A stretch of DNA of 64,000 nucleotides. It comes from the human T2T-CHM13v2.0 reference genome, Homo sapiens. The translations under genes and the position numbers were made by a program. The notes beneath the pieces were generated by a model that saw nothing but the letters and a program-made list of their open reading frames with translations, did no database searches and was not told where the DNA came from. Each line of letters begins with the position of its first letter. Position 1 is the stretch's first letter. This document shows, piece by piece, positions 16,190 to 29,623 of this stretch. The DNA lies in NCBI RefSeq assembly GCF_009914755.1, contig NC_060933.1. One strand, given 5' to 3'.

Positions 16190-17510
16190 TTTTCTGTTTT
16201 GTTTATTTTTATATAAAATTTACATAAAATAGGGTGAACAAATTTAAGTAATATTTATAAGTTTTGACAAATGCATATACATATATAATTAAAATATAGT
16301 AATGTTTACTATTATGTTGTAGTAACCATCATACCACAAAGTCCACTCATGTTCTTTCTCATTTAACTGCATCTCCATTCCCAAGGCAACAACTATTCTA
16401 TTTACAATAGAATAGTTTTTGTCTTCCAGAAATTCATATGAATGGAACCATACAACATGTACTTTTGTGTACAGATTAGTTAAAATAATGTTTTTGATAT
16501 TCATAAATGCTGTTGCATATATAAATAGTTGGTCTCTTTCAATAGGTAGGTGGTATTTTCTTGTGTGAATATACCAGATTTTTTTCTATTTGTTGTTGAA
16601 CACATCAGCTTTACTATTTTGGGGTAATTAAAAGTTAATTCATTATTACAATTCTTATTCAAGTCTTTCTGTGGAGAAGAGTTTTTACTCCTTTTGAATA
16701 AGTGCCTAGGAGTGACTTGATTATAGGGAAGTTGGGTGGATGAATAATTACTTTTATAGAAAACAGCCAAATTGGTTTTCAAATAGTTGCAAATTTATTT
16801 AATTTAAATTGTCATTTTGTAAAAGTATTTTTAAACATATTTTTCTTTGGTAGGTTACATGTGACAGTACATGTATAGTAGTTGAATATCTGCTGACATC
16901 TTTATTTTTACAAAAATAAATTCTACTTCCATTCAAGTGCACAAATATGACCCAATAAATTTTCCTAATATCTCTTTCTAGTTAATACCTCTCATTAATG
17001 AAGCAACCACTTTTCTCATATCTGCACAGTAGTTGTATCTGTTTTTGGAATTAAAACAGTGTGCACTAATTTCTGCCTGGCATCTTTTGGTTCAACATGT
17101 GTTTGAGATTAATTGTGTCATTGTGCGTATCAAAAGCTCATTATTTGTTAATTGGTGAAAGGTAATCTCTCTTGTGTGATTACGTCACACAATGTTTATC
17201 CACTTTTCTTTGATAGACATTTAGAATTTTTCAAATTTTTGACTATCTTAAATAAAGTTTCCATATACATGTTTATACAACTTATGTTTGGTTATGTTTT
17301 TTCTGATCGAGGGCCTGTAAACACCTTATAATGGAGTTCTTTGTCATAGTATAGGTGTATGCTTAACATTATGAGAAAATAAGATATTTCCAAAGAGTTT
17401 TCAGAAGTTTTTAAAACATTTTACATTTCTACCATCAAGGTATGAGAGTTCCAGTAGCTCTAAATCCTTACAAAACTTTGTGCTGCCAGTCTCTGTGAAT
17501 CTATTAAAGA
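16190..17510 (-). mobile_element. Ancient L1M (MC/ME-type) 3' fragments
   Basis: Degenerate L1 3'-end motifs (TTTTGACAAATGCATA, AATGGAACCATACAACATGTACTTTTGTG, GTATGAGAGTTCCAGT). Confidence 0.65.
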
Positions 17511-17539
17511 AATTTTAACCTAACTACAGTTTAATATAA

Positions 17540-18260
17540 TGGAAGTTTTTGTTAATGTTATCTTTGTGAGTGCTGGATATTTTGTATTTCTGTACAAAAT
17601 ATGAGCTTTTTCTCTAGGACACAGTTAATTTGTTCAAAACCGCTTGATCCTTTTAGATACTTCTTTTATGATTTTTTGATGCGTTCAACTCAGTACTCAG
17701 TTTAAATCTAATTAATTTCTACCCCTGAGGCAAGACCTTTTAAATTGCTTTACCAAATGCACTGTGAATTGAGCTTTTTTCTTTCATTTGGCTGGCAAAT
17801 ACAGGTATAATCCAGGTCATATGTGAATGTCAGGCACTGGTTTTTGTTGTTGTTATTGTTTGTTTGTTTTTAATCTTTGAAGATGCTTGTTTCCCTGGCA
17901 GTGAGCAGATTACTCACATGTATACACTAATCAGTATTCTGCTAAGCACTGAAAGGAGAACATCTGTAGATATCAGAGATTTCTCTCTTTGAATCTCTAG
18001 CTTCTCAGACCTAGAAACTCTAATTACCTTAGTCTCCTGGAACTCTTGGCTTTGTACAACTCTAGGAGCCCACTTTCTCTGCCCCACTGCTGGAAACTCT
18101 AGCCACTAAATTAGGGCAGTAGCAGGGTTTAACTCCTTTGTTTTCTGTCTTTCGGGAAGTACTTCATTCCCTCATATCCAGAGTCTTGTATTTCTGTGGG
18201 TGTTTCCTTGATTTTGTTTTTCAAGCAAGAAGATAAATCTAGCCTTCGGGTAGTCTTTCT
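17540..18260 (-). mobile_element. Possible ancient L1M 5'-region remnant
   Basis: Degenerate similarity to mammalian L1 5' sequence; boundaries uncertain. Confidence 0.35.
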
Positions 18261-20003
18261 TTAATAATTAGTGAGGGGTACTATTATACCTCATTACATA
18301 TTTGTGTTTCTTCATTCAAAATATTTCTGTTCAGAGTAAATCCTGACATCAGAAGCAAGATATTCTGAACTATTTTGGGGTATTTTGAATTCAGGAACAT
18401 TTCAAAACGGAGCAGCAGGCATGTTGATGGTATTTAACAATGTCATGTCTCTTATTCTCTGAATATTGTCGAAGTGTGAAATTCTCTTAAGAGTCACTTG
18501 AGAGCATAACAAAGCTAAGAGGTGGGCAATAAATATTAAATGTTCAAACTTGCCCTCTTCACATATTTAAACATAGCCTTTCTTTTCACCTACTTCTAAC
18601 ACTCTTTTTAGAGTAAGTCATTAACTAGGAGGAATAACATCTTTGAAAAAGTGAAGCAGTGTAGGATAATGTTTCCCTTATGTTAAGTGTATCTGTTAGG
18701 TTTTCTGGTGTATTTTCAGCAGACTTCAATTAAAATATGTAAATAAAATGTTGTATAGTATCTTTCAAATATAGAATTCTGTTTTAATAAACATGTTTAT
18801 CCAAACATATCATGAAGTAATTATTATAATTATGGCTGATATATCTTTGCTTTATTTAATAAAATGATTAATAACATTAACTTTCTGTTTTCAAAATTTA
18901 AAATATTATATGTTAGCAGAGAGAACAATTTATAGCGATATGTACATTTTTTTCCATTAAGTACACTGGTATAGTTTAATAATAATGCCTAATAAGATCA
19001 ATGGAATTATTTCTTGTTCATTTATATGTCATTTACCTAATTATTCTCAAACTCAGAATGCAAAGGGAAATCAATTATGTTACTATGCCTTTGTCATAAC
19101 TATTGCCTCATAAATAGCATGCATTTAGATACACGCTTCATACTATTGCAATTCAAATACTGTGAAATACCAACTCAATTTACCGTTGTTTTGTAATTTT
19201 TTGGAAATGAAAAATTTCTTATCCACCTAAATGTAATCTTAACTAGAATGCTTTGGTAAACTTTCTTAACAAATTTTTCTTCATTATACTTACATGTATT
19301 TTGTGATATAATACAATGTACGTACAGTTTCAGTTATATCAGTTTTTAAGAAGATTTGTATTTTCCCCCCGATATAATGAAAATTGATTTGGCAGTGACT
19401 ACTAGCATTACAAAGGTGGTTGGCATTTTAATAACTTGAATGAGAAAATCTGCAGCTCCATATCAGTGTGTAGCAACACAAATACATTTTATCAAAAAAG
19501 AAAATAATTTGCCTGAACAGTTAACTGAAGTTAACATTATTTTTATTTTTAATCTTCAAGATTAAATCCGGATAAACAATACCACTATACTAAAAACATA
19601 ATCAACATACTTGATAGTTTTATATATTAGGTAATAGATTTTTGATGTGAATACCTAAAATGGAAAAAAGTGAGTATTTTTAATTCTTGGATTATAAAGC
19701 CTTTATAAGATAAATGATTTCAAATTACTTCCTTCAAGTGTAGCACAAATTTTGAACTTTATCAATTTATTTCCTTTATCTACAGAGGTGATCAAACTCT
19801 TGATTTTTTGGTTTAATCTTTACTACAGGCTTATAGATTATATTATTTTTCTCAATTATTAAGTCTCCACCTGTATCAAAAAATGATGCATATCTACTTC
19901 TGTCAGGTAACGGCAGATAATATTAATAGATATATAAATATTTTATAAAACCTTCTTAAAGGAAGAAAATGGTAAGTATGTAAGGAATTACTTGATCAAA
20001 AAT

Positions 20004-20263
20004 CACTTTGGGAGGTTGAGGTGGGTGTATCACGAGGTCAGAAGTTTGAGACCAGCCTGGCCAACATAGTGAAACCCCATGTCTACTAAAAATACAAAAA
20101 TTTGCTGGGCATGGTGGTGAATGCCTATAGTCGCAGCTACTTGGGAGGCTGAGGCAGGAGAATAGCTTGAACCCAGGAAGTAGAGGTTGTGGTGAGCCAA
20201 GATCACACCAATGCACTCCAGCCTGGGCAGCAGAGCAAGACTCTGTCTCAAAACAAAAAGAAA
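20004..20263 (+). mobile_element. AluS (Sg-like), 5'-truncated
   Basis: Starts at CACTTTGGGAGG; ATCACGAGGTCA...ACCAGCCTGGCCAAC; short A tail. Confidence 0.93.
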
Positions 20264-21602
20264 GTATGAGAATTAATTAGGGCTAAAGTATCTGATATTT
20301 TTCGAGAAGGTTGTTTGATCCAGAAGAAACTCAATGGTGGATAAGTGAGAAGGCAGTAGTAGAAATGTCAGGCAAAAATGGGAAGTTTTCTTGGAAATCC
20401 ACTTCCTAAAACCTGTGCTATTGTTTTAAAGGCCTGAAATATCAGAGTATGTTTAAAACAAACGATTACTGGCCCTTGTCCCTCCACTTCCGGGAAAATG
20501 TGTGGATTGCTGTCCTGAAAATGAATAAACCAGGTTAAATAGTAGAAATGGGAAAAGTTGTGGTTTTGAAGGATAGTCCACAGGCTGGCTGTCACAGCAG
20601 GAAGCTACTAATTTAATTTATATCGTTCTTAAAGTAATCTACAGAGATAACTAGTAAAGATAAAGAAAATGATTCTATATAGGAAGTCATCATTCCAGGA
20701 TTTGAGGAATCCTTCCAAGTAATTTTGGCAGAAGCAGTAAGCATCATGCTTTCAAAGCTAATAAAGAATGCAAGGAAACAGGACACATTTTGCAATAAGT
20801 AGCAGGAAAAATAATGAAAAAAGTCACAAAAATTGCAGATCTGGTATTATTACAGACACATTGAAAAACATGTACTGTATTATGTTCTAAGAAGTAAATT
20901 TGAAAATATCTGCCAAATGAAAACAATACAATGTAATCTTTCAGTTTTAACATGAAACTAATAACAAATTTTAAAGATAAATGATATTATGACTAAAATT
21001 AAACATTAGGAGCATGAGTATGATAATATTTTGGACACAGCAAAAGAGCTAGATCACTGGAAGCTAAATCAGAAAAGCAAATGAGCACAGTTCAATACAG
21101 TGAGATGAAAAAATGGAAATGTAGAAGAGTGGTTATCACAAATAATGAGTTGTGTGAGGTGATATATTTAAATAGAGAGCTAGAATAAAATAAATGGAGC
21201 AGATAAATATGTGAATACTTAATGGTTTAAACTTTCCAAAATGATGAAAGATACACGTGTCCATTCAAGAAACACAGTAAATTTCAAGGAAAAAATAACC
21301 ACTGAATTAACACTTAACAATAAATCTGATGTGAGAGAAAGAGAGAAAATGAGAGCTGGAAAGACAGAGAGTGACAGAGAAAAAGAAATCCTTAAAACAA
21401 CCATAGGGGGAAAAAAAAACACTTTAAAATGTGGCAGCCGTACTACTTATTAAGAGCAACATAGTAACCTAAATACGTTTTATAATTTACTTCCTTTCGT
21501 CACACTAAAGATATCTTGATTTACAATCTTGATTTTTAAACCCAATATATAAATCCTTAATTTATGAACACCTGATACTCACCAAGGAAACCCTAAAAGA
21601 CA

Positions 21603-23436
21603 GAAGAGCCAAAATGGCCATCAAGACAGAGCCAGGAAGATCCTCCACTGAAAGAGCTGACTATCAAGAAAACCAGCACACTCTGAGCAGATCTTCAAAA
21701 GGAAAGCATTGAGAGTGGAAGGAGAGAGGATGGAGACACTGGGCTAAAGGATCAGAAAGCTGGGAACCCAGCATGGGGTTGTGGAGCACCAGGACTCATT
21801 CCTGGCCCTGAAAGGTGAGGGAGGGGGTGAGTTAAATACGATGGAGTGGCTTACTCTTTCCAAAGAGCTCCAGAATCCTAGCTTTAGGAGACTTCACAAT
21901 CCCCATGGACATTCGAGCTAGCAAGGAGAGTTGCTTGGAGAAGTAGCAAAGACAGGATTCCAGTATGTGTAGAGCCCAGATAGTTTGACATAAGAATGGT
22001 TCCAGTGAAGCACAGCCAGGGACACCCATTTCCTAAGGCTTACCACACGCCTCTGAGTGACTTAGGTCATTATTGATTGTCAGACCTGCACAGAGAAGGG
22101 CTGTCTTGCCCATGGGATATGCCAGTGTGATTAGATGCTCTCCTGTCGACTGGACTCTCCTGGGGTCCCCGCCAGGCCATACCCTCTTGGAGGGCAGCTT
22201 TGCATGCCCAACGAGGGTGCTTCTCAGTGGCCATCACCATAGCAGCAGACTCTACTCTGCTCTCATTGGAGAGCTTCTGCAAATATACCTCCAACAGTGC
22301 ACACCTACTTACAGTCCCCCCTCACTGCATTGCCGGCATGCACTGTGCACAGTCTCCAATCACTGTTTCGCCAGTGTGCACATATGCAGAGTCCTCACTG
22401 CAACTGCATGGGCCCCACTGGTGTGTGTGTATAAACCCTGACAACCTGCCACTGCCAGGGTGAGTATGAGTATAACATGCCACACTGCACCCCTGCTGCA
22501 GCTGGTGCACATGTGCGTAAGCATGGACCCCTCAGCAAATGCTCCAATGAAGCACTTTTGTTGGCATCCCCCGTTGGACTGTTGTTGCCAGTGGACTGAG
22601 AATGCTGTGGCCCTGTCAGTGCAGCAGGTACTTCATCTTGAGGGGGCATATAACAAAGCTGTGGGCCAGGTCCCAATCCCCCCAGTGTTAGAGCACACAT
22701 CCCAGGAGAGCTGAGCTGAGCCTTGGCCACCTGAAATCATCCAGAGATGAAGCCAGTCAATTAAATGCAACTTATAGCATAGTAAACCCTTAACGGCATC
22801 AAAGTATACAAGTAAAAAGCCCCATCCAAAACAAACAAACAAACTAACTTCAACGATTAAAGGAACATTAGCTCACAGAGATGAGAAAGAACCAGAACCA
22901 GCATAACTACACTGGCAATTCAATAACCCAGAGTGTCTATTTTTAGATGACCACACTAACTCCCCAGCAACAGCTGTTAACCAGACTGAAAAGGCTGAAA
23001 TAATAGACAGAATTCACAAGCTTGATGGCAATGAAGGTTACTGAGATTCAGGAGACAGTTAAAAGCCCATCCAAAGAATCTAAGGAATCAATTAGAAAGA
23101 AACAAGAGCTAAGAGACGATATAGTCATTTTTTTAAAAGACCCAAACTCTTGCCAGGCACAGTGGTTCACATCTGTAATCCCAGCAATTTGGGAGGCCGA
23201 GGCAGCCAGGTTACCTGAGTTCAGGAGTTCGAGACCAGGCTGGCCAACATGGTGAAACCCCATCTCCACTAAAAATACAAAACTTAGCCAGGCATGGTGG
23301 CACACACCTGTAGTTCCAGCTACTCGGGTGACTGAGGCAGGAGACTGGCTTGAATTCAGAGGTTGCAGTGAGCCGAGATCACACCACTGCATTCCAGCCT
23401 TGGTGCCTTGGTGACAGAGCAAGACTCCATCTCACA

Positions 23437-23469
<33 letters not shown>

Positions 23470-23633
23470 GGAAAGAAAGACAATGACCCAAACTCGTCTA
23501 AGAGCTGAAAAACTCACTATGAGCATTTCATTGTTTAACTGGAAGTATTAACAACAGAAAGGACTAAGCTGAGGAAAAAAACTGAGAGCTGTGAGATGGA
23601 TTCATTGAATCAACTCAGTTAAACAAATATAAA
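21603..23633 (+). mobile_element. Old primate L1 5' UTR and ORF1 start (L1PA15-16/L1PB-like)
   Basis: Starts GCCAAAATGGCC (L1 5' CAAGATGGC motif); GC-rich UTR; ORF1 start ATGAGAAAGAACCAG at 22881; coiled-coil remnant. Confidence 0.8.
23150..23484 (+). mobile_element. AluS with (CA)n/poly-A tail
   Basis: Full Alu; TSD GACCCAAACTC at 23139-23149 and 23485-23495; internal 8-bp duplication GCCTTGGT. Confidence 0.95.
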
Positions 23634-23645
23634 GGGGTGGGTCAC

Positions 23646-24812
23646 TGTATTAGTCTGTTCTCATGCTTCTATAAAGAACTGACTGAGACTGGGTAATTTA
23701 GAATCAAAATAGTTTTAATTGACTCACAGTTCTGCATGGCTGGGGAGGCTCCAGGAAACATACACTTATGGTGGAAGGGGCAGCAAACATGTCCTTCTTG
23801 ATATGGCTGCAGGAGGGAGAAGTGCAAAGTAAAGTGGGGGAAAGCCCCTATAAAACCTTCAGCTCTCATAAGAACTCACTCATTATCATGAGAACAGTAT
23901 GATCCCCATGTCTAATCACCTCCCATGATGTCCTTCCCCCAACATGTGGGGATTACAATTTGCATTACAATTCAAGATGAGATTTTGGGTAGGGACACAA
24001 AGCCAAACTATATTATTCTGTCCATGGCCCCTCGCAAATCTCATGTCCTCACATTTCAAAACACAATTATGCCTTTCCAAGAATCCCCCAAAGTCTTAAC
24101 TCATTTCAGCATTAACCTGAAAGTTTGAGTTCAAAATCTCATCTGAGAAAAGGCAAGTCCCTTCCACCTATGAGCCTGTAACATCAAAAGCAAGTTAGTT
24201 ATTTCCTAGATACAATGGGAGTGCAGATACTGGGTAAATACACCCATTGGAGATAGGAGAAATTGACCAAAACAAAGGAGCTATAGGCCCCATGCAAGTC
24301 TGAAATCCAACAGAGCAGTCATTAAACCTTAAAGTTTCAAAATGATGTCCTTTGACTCCATGTCTCACATCCAGGTCACACAGATGCAAGAGATGGGATA
24401 CCATGGCTTTGGGAAGCTCCACTCCTATGGCTTGGCAGGGTACAGCCTCCCTTCTGGCTGCTTTCACAGGTTGGTGTTGAGTGCCTGCAGCTTTTCCAGG
24501 TGAGTGGTGTGAGCTTTTGGTGGATCTATCATTCTGGGATCCGGAGAATGACGGCCCTCTTCTCACAGCTCCACTAGTCAGTGCCCCAGTGGAGACCCTG
24601 CATGGATGCTCTGACCCCACATCTTCCTTCTGCACTGCCCTAGCAGAGGTCTCCATGAGGGCCCTTCCCCTGCAGCATACTTCTGCCTAGACATTCAGGT
24701 GTTTCCGTACATCCTTTGAAATTCAGGCTGAGGTTCCTAAAGCTCAACTCTTGTCTTCTGCACACCCACAGGCCCAATATCACATAGACTCTACCAAAGG
24801 TTGGGGTTTGCA
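23646..24812 (-). mobile_element. THE1C/D-like 3' LTR (23646-24015) plus truncated internal sequence
   Basis: TGTATTAGTCTGTTCTCATGC...CCAAACTATATTA LTR, then MaLR-int that stops abruptly at about 24812. Confidence 0.88.
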
Positions 24813-25320
<508 letters not shown>

Positions 25321-27576
25321 TATTATGCAAGAAATAAAACCTACTTGATTGTGGTGGATTAGCTTTTTGATGTACAGCTAGATTTGGTTTGCTAGTATTT
25401 TGTTGAATATTTCTTTATCTATGTTCATTAGAAATACTGGTCTGAAGTTTTTTTTTTCATTGCATCTCTGCCAGGATTTGGTATCAGAATGATGTTGTCC
25501 TCATAGAATGAGTTAGTTATGAGTCCCTCCTCCTCAATTATTTTAGATAGTTTCAGTAGGTGTGGTATCAGCTCTTCTTTATACATCTGGTAGAATTTGG
25601 CAGTGAATCCTTTGAGGCCAACACTTTTTCTGATTGATAGGCATCGTATTGCCAATTCAGTTTGGACCTTCCTATTAGTCTGTTCAGAGTTTCATTTTCT
25701 TCCTGGTTCAATCTTTGAAGATTGCTTCCAGGAATTTATGCAGCTTCTCTGGGTTTTTCAGTTTGTGTACATAGAGGTGTTCATAATCATCCCTGAGGGT
25801 TGTTGTATTTCTGTGGGGTCACTGGTAATGTCCCCTTTGTCTCTTTTGTGATTGTGTTTATTTGAATATTGTCTCTTTTTTTTCTTTATAAGTTTAGATA
25901 ATGGCCTATCAACATTATTTTTTCTTTCAAATACCCAACATTCAGTTTTGTTGATTTTTTTACATTTTTTTCTCATCTCCATTTTGTTAATTTCAGTTAT
26001 GATTGTGGCCATTTCTTTTCTTCTACTACCTTCGAGGTTGGTTCTGTTTTGTTTTTTAGGTTCCTCTATCTGTGATGTTAGGTTGCAAATTTGAGATCTT
26101 TCTAGCTGTTGACGTAAGTGTTTAGCACAATCAACTTTCCTTTTAACCATGCTTCAGCTGTGTTCTAGAGTTTCTGGTGTGTTGTATTTTTGTTTTCATC
26201 AGAGTCTAAGAATTTCTTGATTTCTGCCTTGATTTTATTGTTTACACAAAAGTCATTCAGGTTCAGGTTGTTTAATTTTCACTTAATCCTACAGTTTTGG
26301 CAGATCTTCTTGGTATTGATTTGTATTTTTATTGTGCTCTGGTCTGAGAGTGTGGCTGGTAAAATTTTTTTTTTATTTGTTGAGAATTGACTTATAGCTG
26401 AGCATGTGGTTGATTTTAGAATATGTGTCACGTGCAGATGATAAGAATATATATTCTGTTGTTGATGTGTGGAGTGTTCTGCAGATGTCTGTTAGGTGTA
26501 TTTGGCCAAGTGTCAAGTTTAGGTCCCGAATATCCTTGTTAGTTTTCTGCCTCAGTGATCTGTCTTACACTGTCAGTAAGGTGTTGAGGTCTGCCACTGT
26601 CATTGTGTAGTTATGTAAGTTTCTTTGTATATCTCTAAGAGCTTGTTTTGTGAATCTGAGTGCTCCAGTGTTAGGTGCATATATATTTAGGATAGTTAAG
26701 TCTTCTTGTTTAATTGAATCCTTCATCATTACGTAATGCCCTTTATTGTCTGTTTTGATCATCGTTAGTTTAATGTCAGTTTTATCTAAAATAAGAACAG
26801 CAACACCTGTTTTTCTTTGTTTTTCATTTGTTTGGTAGTTCTTTCTCCATCCCTTTACTTTGAACCTATGGGTGTTCTCACATGTGAGATGGGTCTCTTG
26901 AAGACAGCATACAGTTGGGTCTTGATTCTTTATCCACTTTGCCACTCCATGCCTTTTAAGTGGGTGTTTAGCTTGTTTATCTTCAATATTGACATGTGCA
27001 CATTCGATCCTCCCAGCATGTTGTTAGCTGGTTGTTATGTAAACTTGATTGTGTAATTACTTTATAGTGTTGATGGTCTATATACTTGAGTGTGTTTTTC
27101 TGGTGCTAGGTAACAGTCCTTCATTTTCATGTTTAGCACTTTCTTAAGGATCTCTTGTGGTCTCTAAAGGCCTGGTGGTAATAAATTCCCCTAGCTTTTG
27201 CTTATCTGAAATGGATTTTATTTCTCCCTTGTTTATGAAGCTTAGTTTGGTGGGACATAAAATTCTTGGTTCAAAATTTTATTTTTTCAAAAATGCTGAA
27301 TATGGATTCTTAATGTCTTCTGACTGTGGGATATTGCTGAGAGTTCCCCTGTGAGTTTGATGTAGTTTCCACTTTATGTGACCTGCCCCTTGTCGTTAAC
27401 TGCCTTTAATATTTTTTTCTTTTGCATTGACCTTCAAGAATCTGATTACTTTGTGTCTCTGCAATGGTTGTCTTACATAGCATCTTACATAGGTTATCTG
27501 AATTTTCTAAATTTATATGTCAATCTCTCTAGTGAAATTGGGGAAATTTTTTACAGAATCCCTTACTTCTCCAAGG

Positions 27577-27871
27577 TTTTTTCTTTTCTTTTTCTTTCTT
27601 TTTTTTTTTTGAGATGGAGTCTTGCTCTGTAGCCCAGGCTGGAGTGCAGTGGCATGATCTCGGCTCAATGCAAGCTCCACCTCCCGTGTTCCTACCAATC
27701 TCCTGCCTCAGCCTCCTGAGTAGCTGGGGCTACAGGCACTTGCCACCATGCCCAGTGAATTTTTTTTTTTTTGTATTTTTAGTAGAGACAGGGTTTCACC
27801 GTGTTAGCCAGGATGGTCTCAATATCCTCCCAAAGTGCTGGGATTACAGGCATGAGCCACCATGCCTGACC
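27577..27871 (-). mobile_element. AluY-like with left-arm deletion
   Basis: GCAAGCTCC and CCGTGTTAGCCAGGATGGTCTC; about 25-30 bp missing near 27825. Confidence 0.92.
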
Positions 27872-28529
27872 TTTCATTTTTTAAAATTCTTCTTTTCTTT
27901 ATTTATTTTCTGGCAGTGTTAACTTAAATAATCAGTCTTCAATCTCTGAGATTCTTTTCTTGGCTTAGTCCATTCTGCTGTGAATATTTCCAATCATTTT
28001 ATGAAATTCTTGTAGTGTATTTTGTAACTCTACCTGCTAGGTTTGGTTTTAGTTTGTTTGTTTGTTTGTCTTGTTTTGTTTTTTCAAATGGCTAATTTTT
28101 TTCTCTTTAATCATTTTACTGGATTCCTCAGATTCTTGGAAATAGTGTTCAACTTTCTACTGAATTTCAATGATCTTCATTTCCTTCTACCTCTCAGTTC
28201 TATATCTGTCATTTCAGCCATTTCCTTCTATTTAACAACCATTGCTGTAGAACTAGTGCAGTCATTTGGAGGTAAAGTGACACTCTGACTTTTTGAGTTG
28301 CTAGAGTTCTTATGTTGGCTTTTTTCTCATCTGTGTGGGCTGGTGTTTCTTTAACTGTGGTATAATTTGAGCATAGTCAGTTGACTTTGTTTCTGGATGT
28401 TTTCAAAGCACCTTTTTGCATGATCTTTATTAGTAGCTGAATTATTGTCCTGGGTTTCACAGAGGCTTATATTAGCAAAGTAATTTTAGAGTTGAAGTTT
28501 CTGCCGCAATCTGGCTGATGACACTTAGG

Positions 28530-28600
28530 TATAATGGCTGATAGGTAGGCTCTTGTTCAGCCTACCTACCTATAATGGCTGATAGGTAGGCTCTTGTTCA
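28530..28600. repeat. 30-bp direct duplication with inverted spacer
   Basis: TATAATGGCTGATAGGTAGGCTCTTGTTCA at 28530-28559 and 28571-28600; spacer GCCTACCTACC. Confidence 0.95.
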
Positions 28601-29623
28601 TACACAAATATATATTTTCTCACATTTGCAGCCATGCTCCGTGTCAGTATTCTGTGTGTGTAGGCTTCCCTCCTACTGAAATGCTGGCTGCATAGCTTGG
28701 CTTGTCACTGCAGTGCTGCACATCACAGCCCTGGGGTGAGCTCAAGGTTTTTGTTTCCTCACAAGCTTGGGGACAAAAGGGGTGAGGACCTTGGCAGTGG
28801 TAATGTGTGGAGGTCTATCACTTGTCTTTTGCAGCTCCACCATACAGAAATGCAGAGATGCTGCCAAATGGAGTGGTCAACCTTTGATGGGGCCTGTGCA
28901 TTTTGGAACCAAGCTGGGGGACACTACTGGTGATGAGCAGAGGGTGTCAGGGCTTGTGAGAAGACAGATTCATCTCTTCTCTGTAGGGTAGCTGCAGTGT
29001 GCTGGAGGTGTGAGTAAAGCACTTGGGGTCTTGTTCCCTCCCCAGTTGGAGGGCAGCAAGGGCAGTACTGCTGAATAGCGGTTGCAGAAAAACTTTCAGT
29101 TGCTTCTGGGATCTCCACCCCAGAGAAATGCAGAACCACTGCCACTGGGCATTTTCAGCCTGGAGTGGGGCTGCTGCACTATGAGCCTTTGCTGGGACCC
29201 CTGCCTGGTGAAGAGCAGGGGATCAGGGGCTCACAGAGAATAGAGATTGGGCTCCATGCCATATGGTGATCATATGGTAATCATAGTGTGCTGGAAGCAT
29301 GAGTAAAGCATTCAGGCTCTTTTATTTCTTTCCCAGTCTAAGACAGCAAGGGCAGGTACCACTGCATTGGCAGTGGCAGTTGGCTGTCATTTGCCTCTGG
29401 GAGCTCCATCACAGGATAACACAGAGCCACTGGCAATAGAAATGTTCAGCTTGGGTGAGGTAGCTACTCTGCAGGCCCAAGCAAGGAGTTCTGCTTAGTG
29501 AAGGATAGGAGTTGGGAGCTCACAAGGAAGAGAGACTGGGCTCTACGCTATATGGCAGCTGTGTCATGATGAAGGAGCTAGTGAAGCAACCAGGATTTTG
29601 TTCTTTCCCCAGCCCAAGGGGAG

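Noticed and set aside
21603-22750. GC-richer block as a gene promoter or CpG island
   Set aside because: CpG-depleted old L1 5' UTR.
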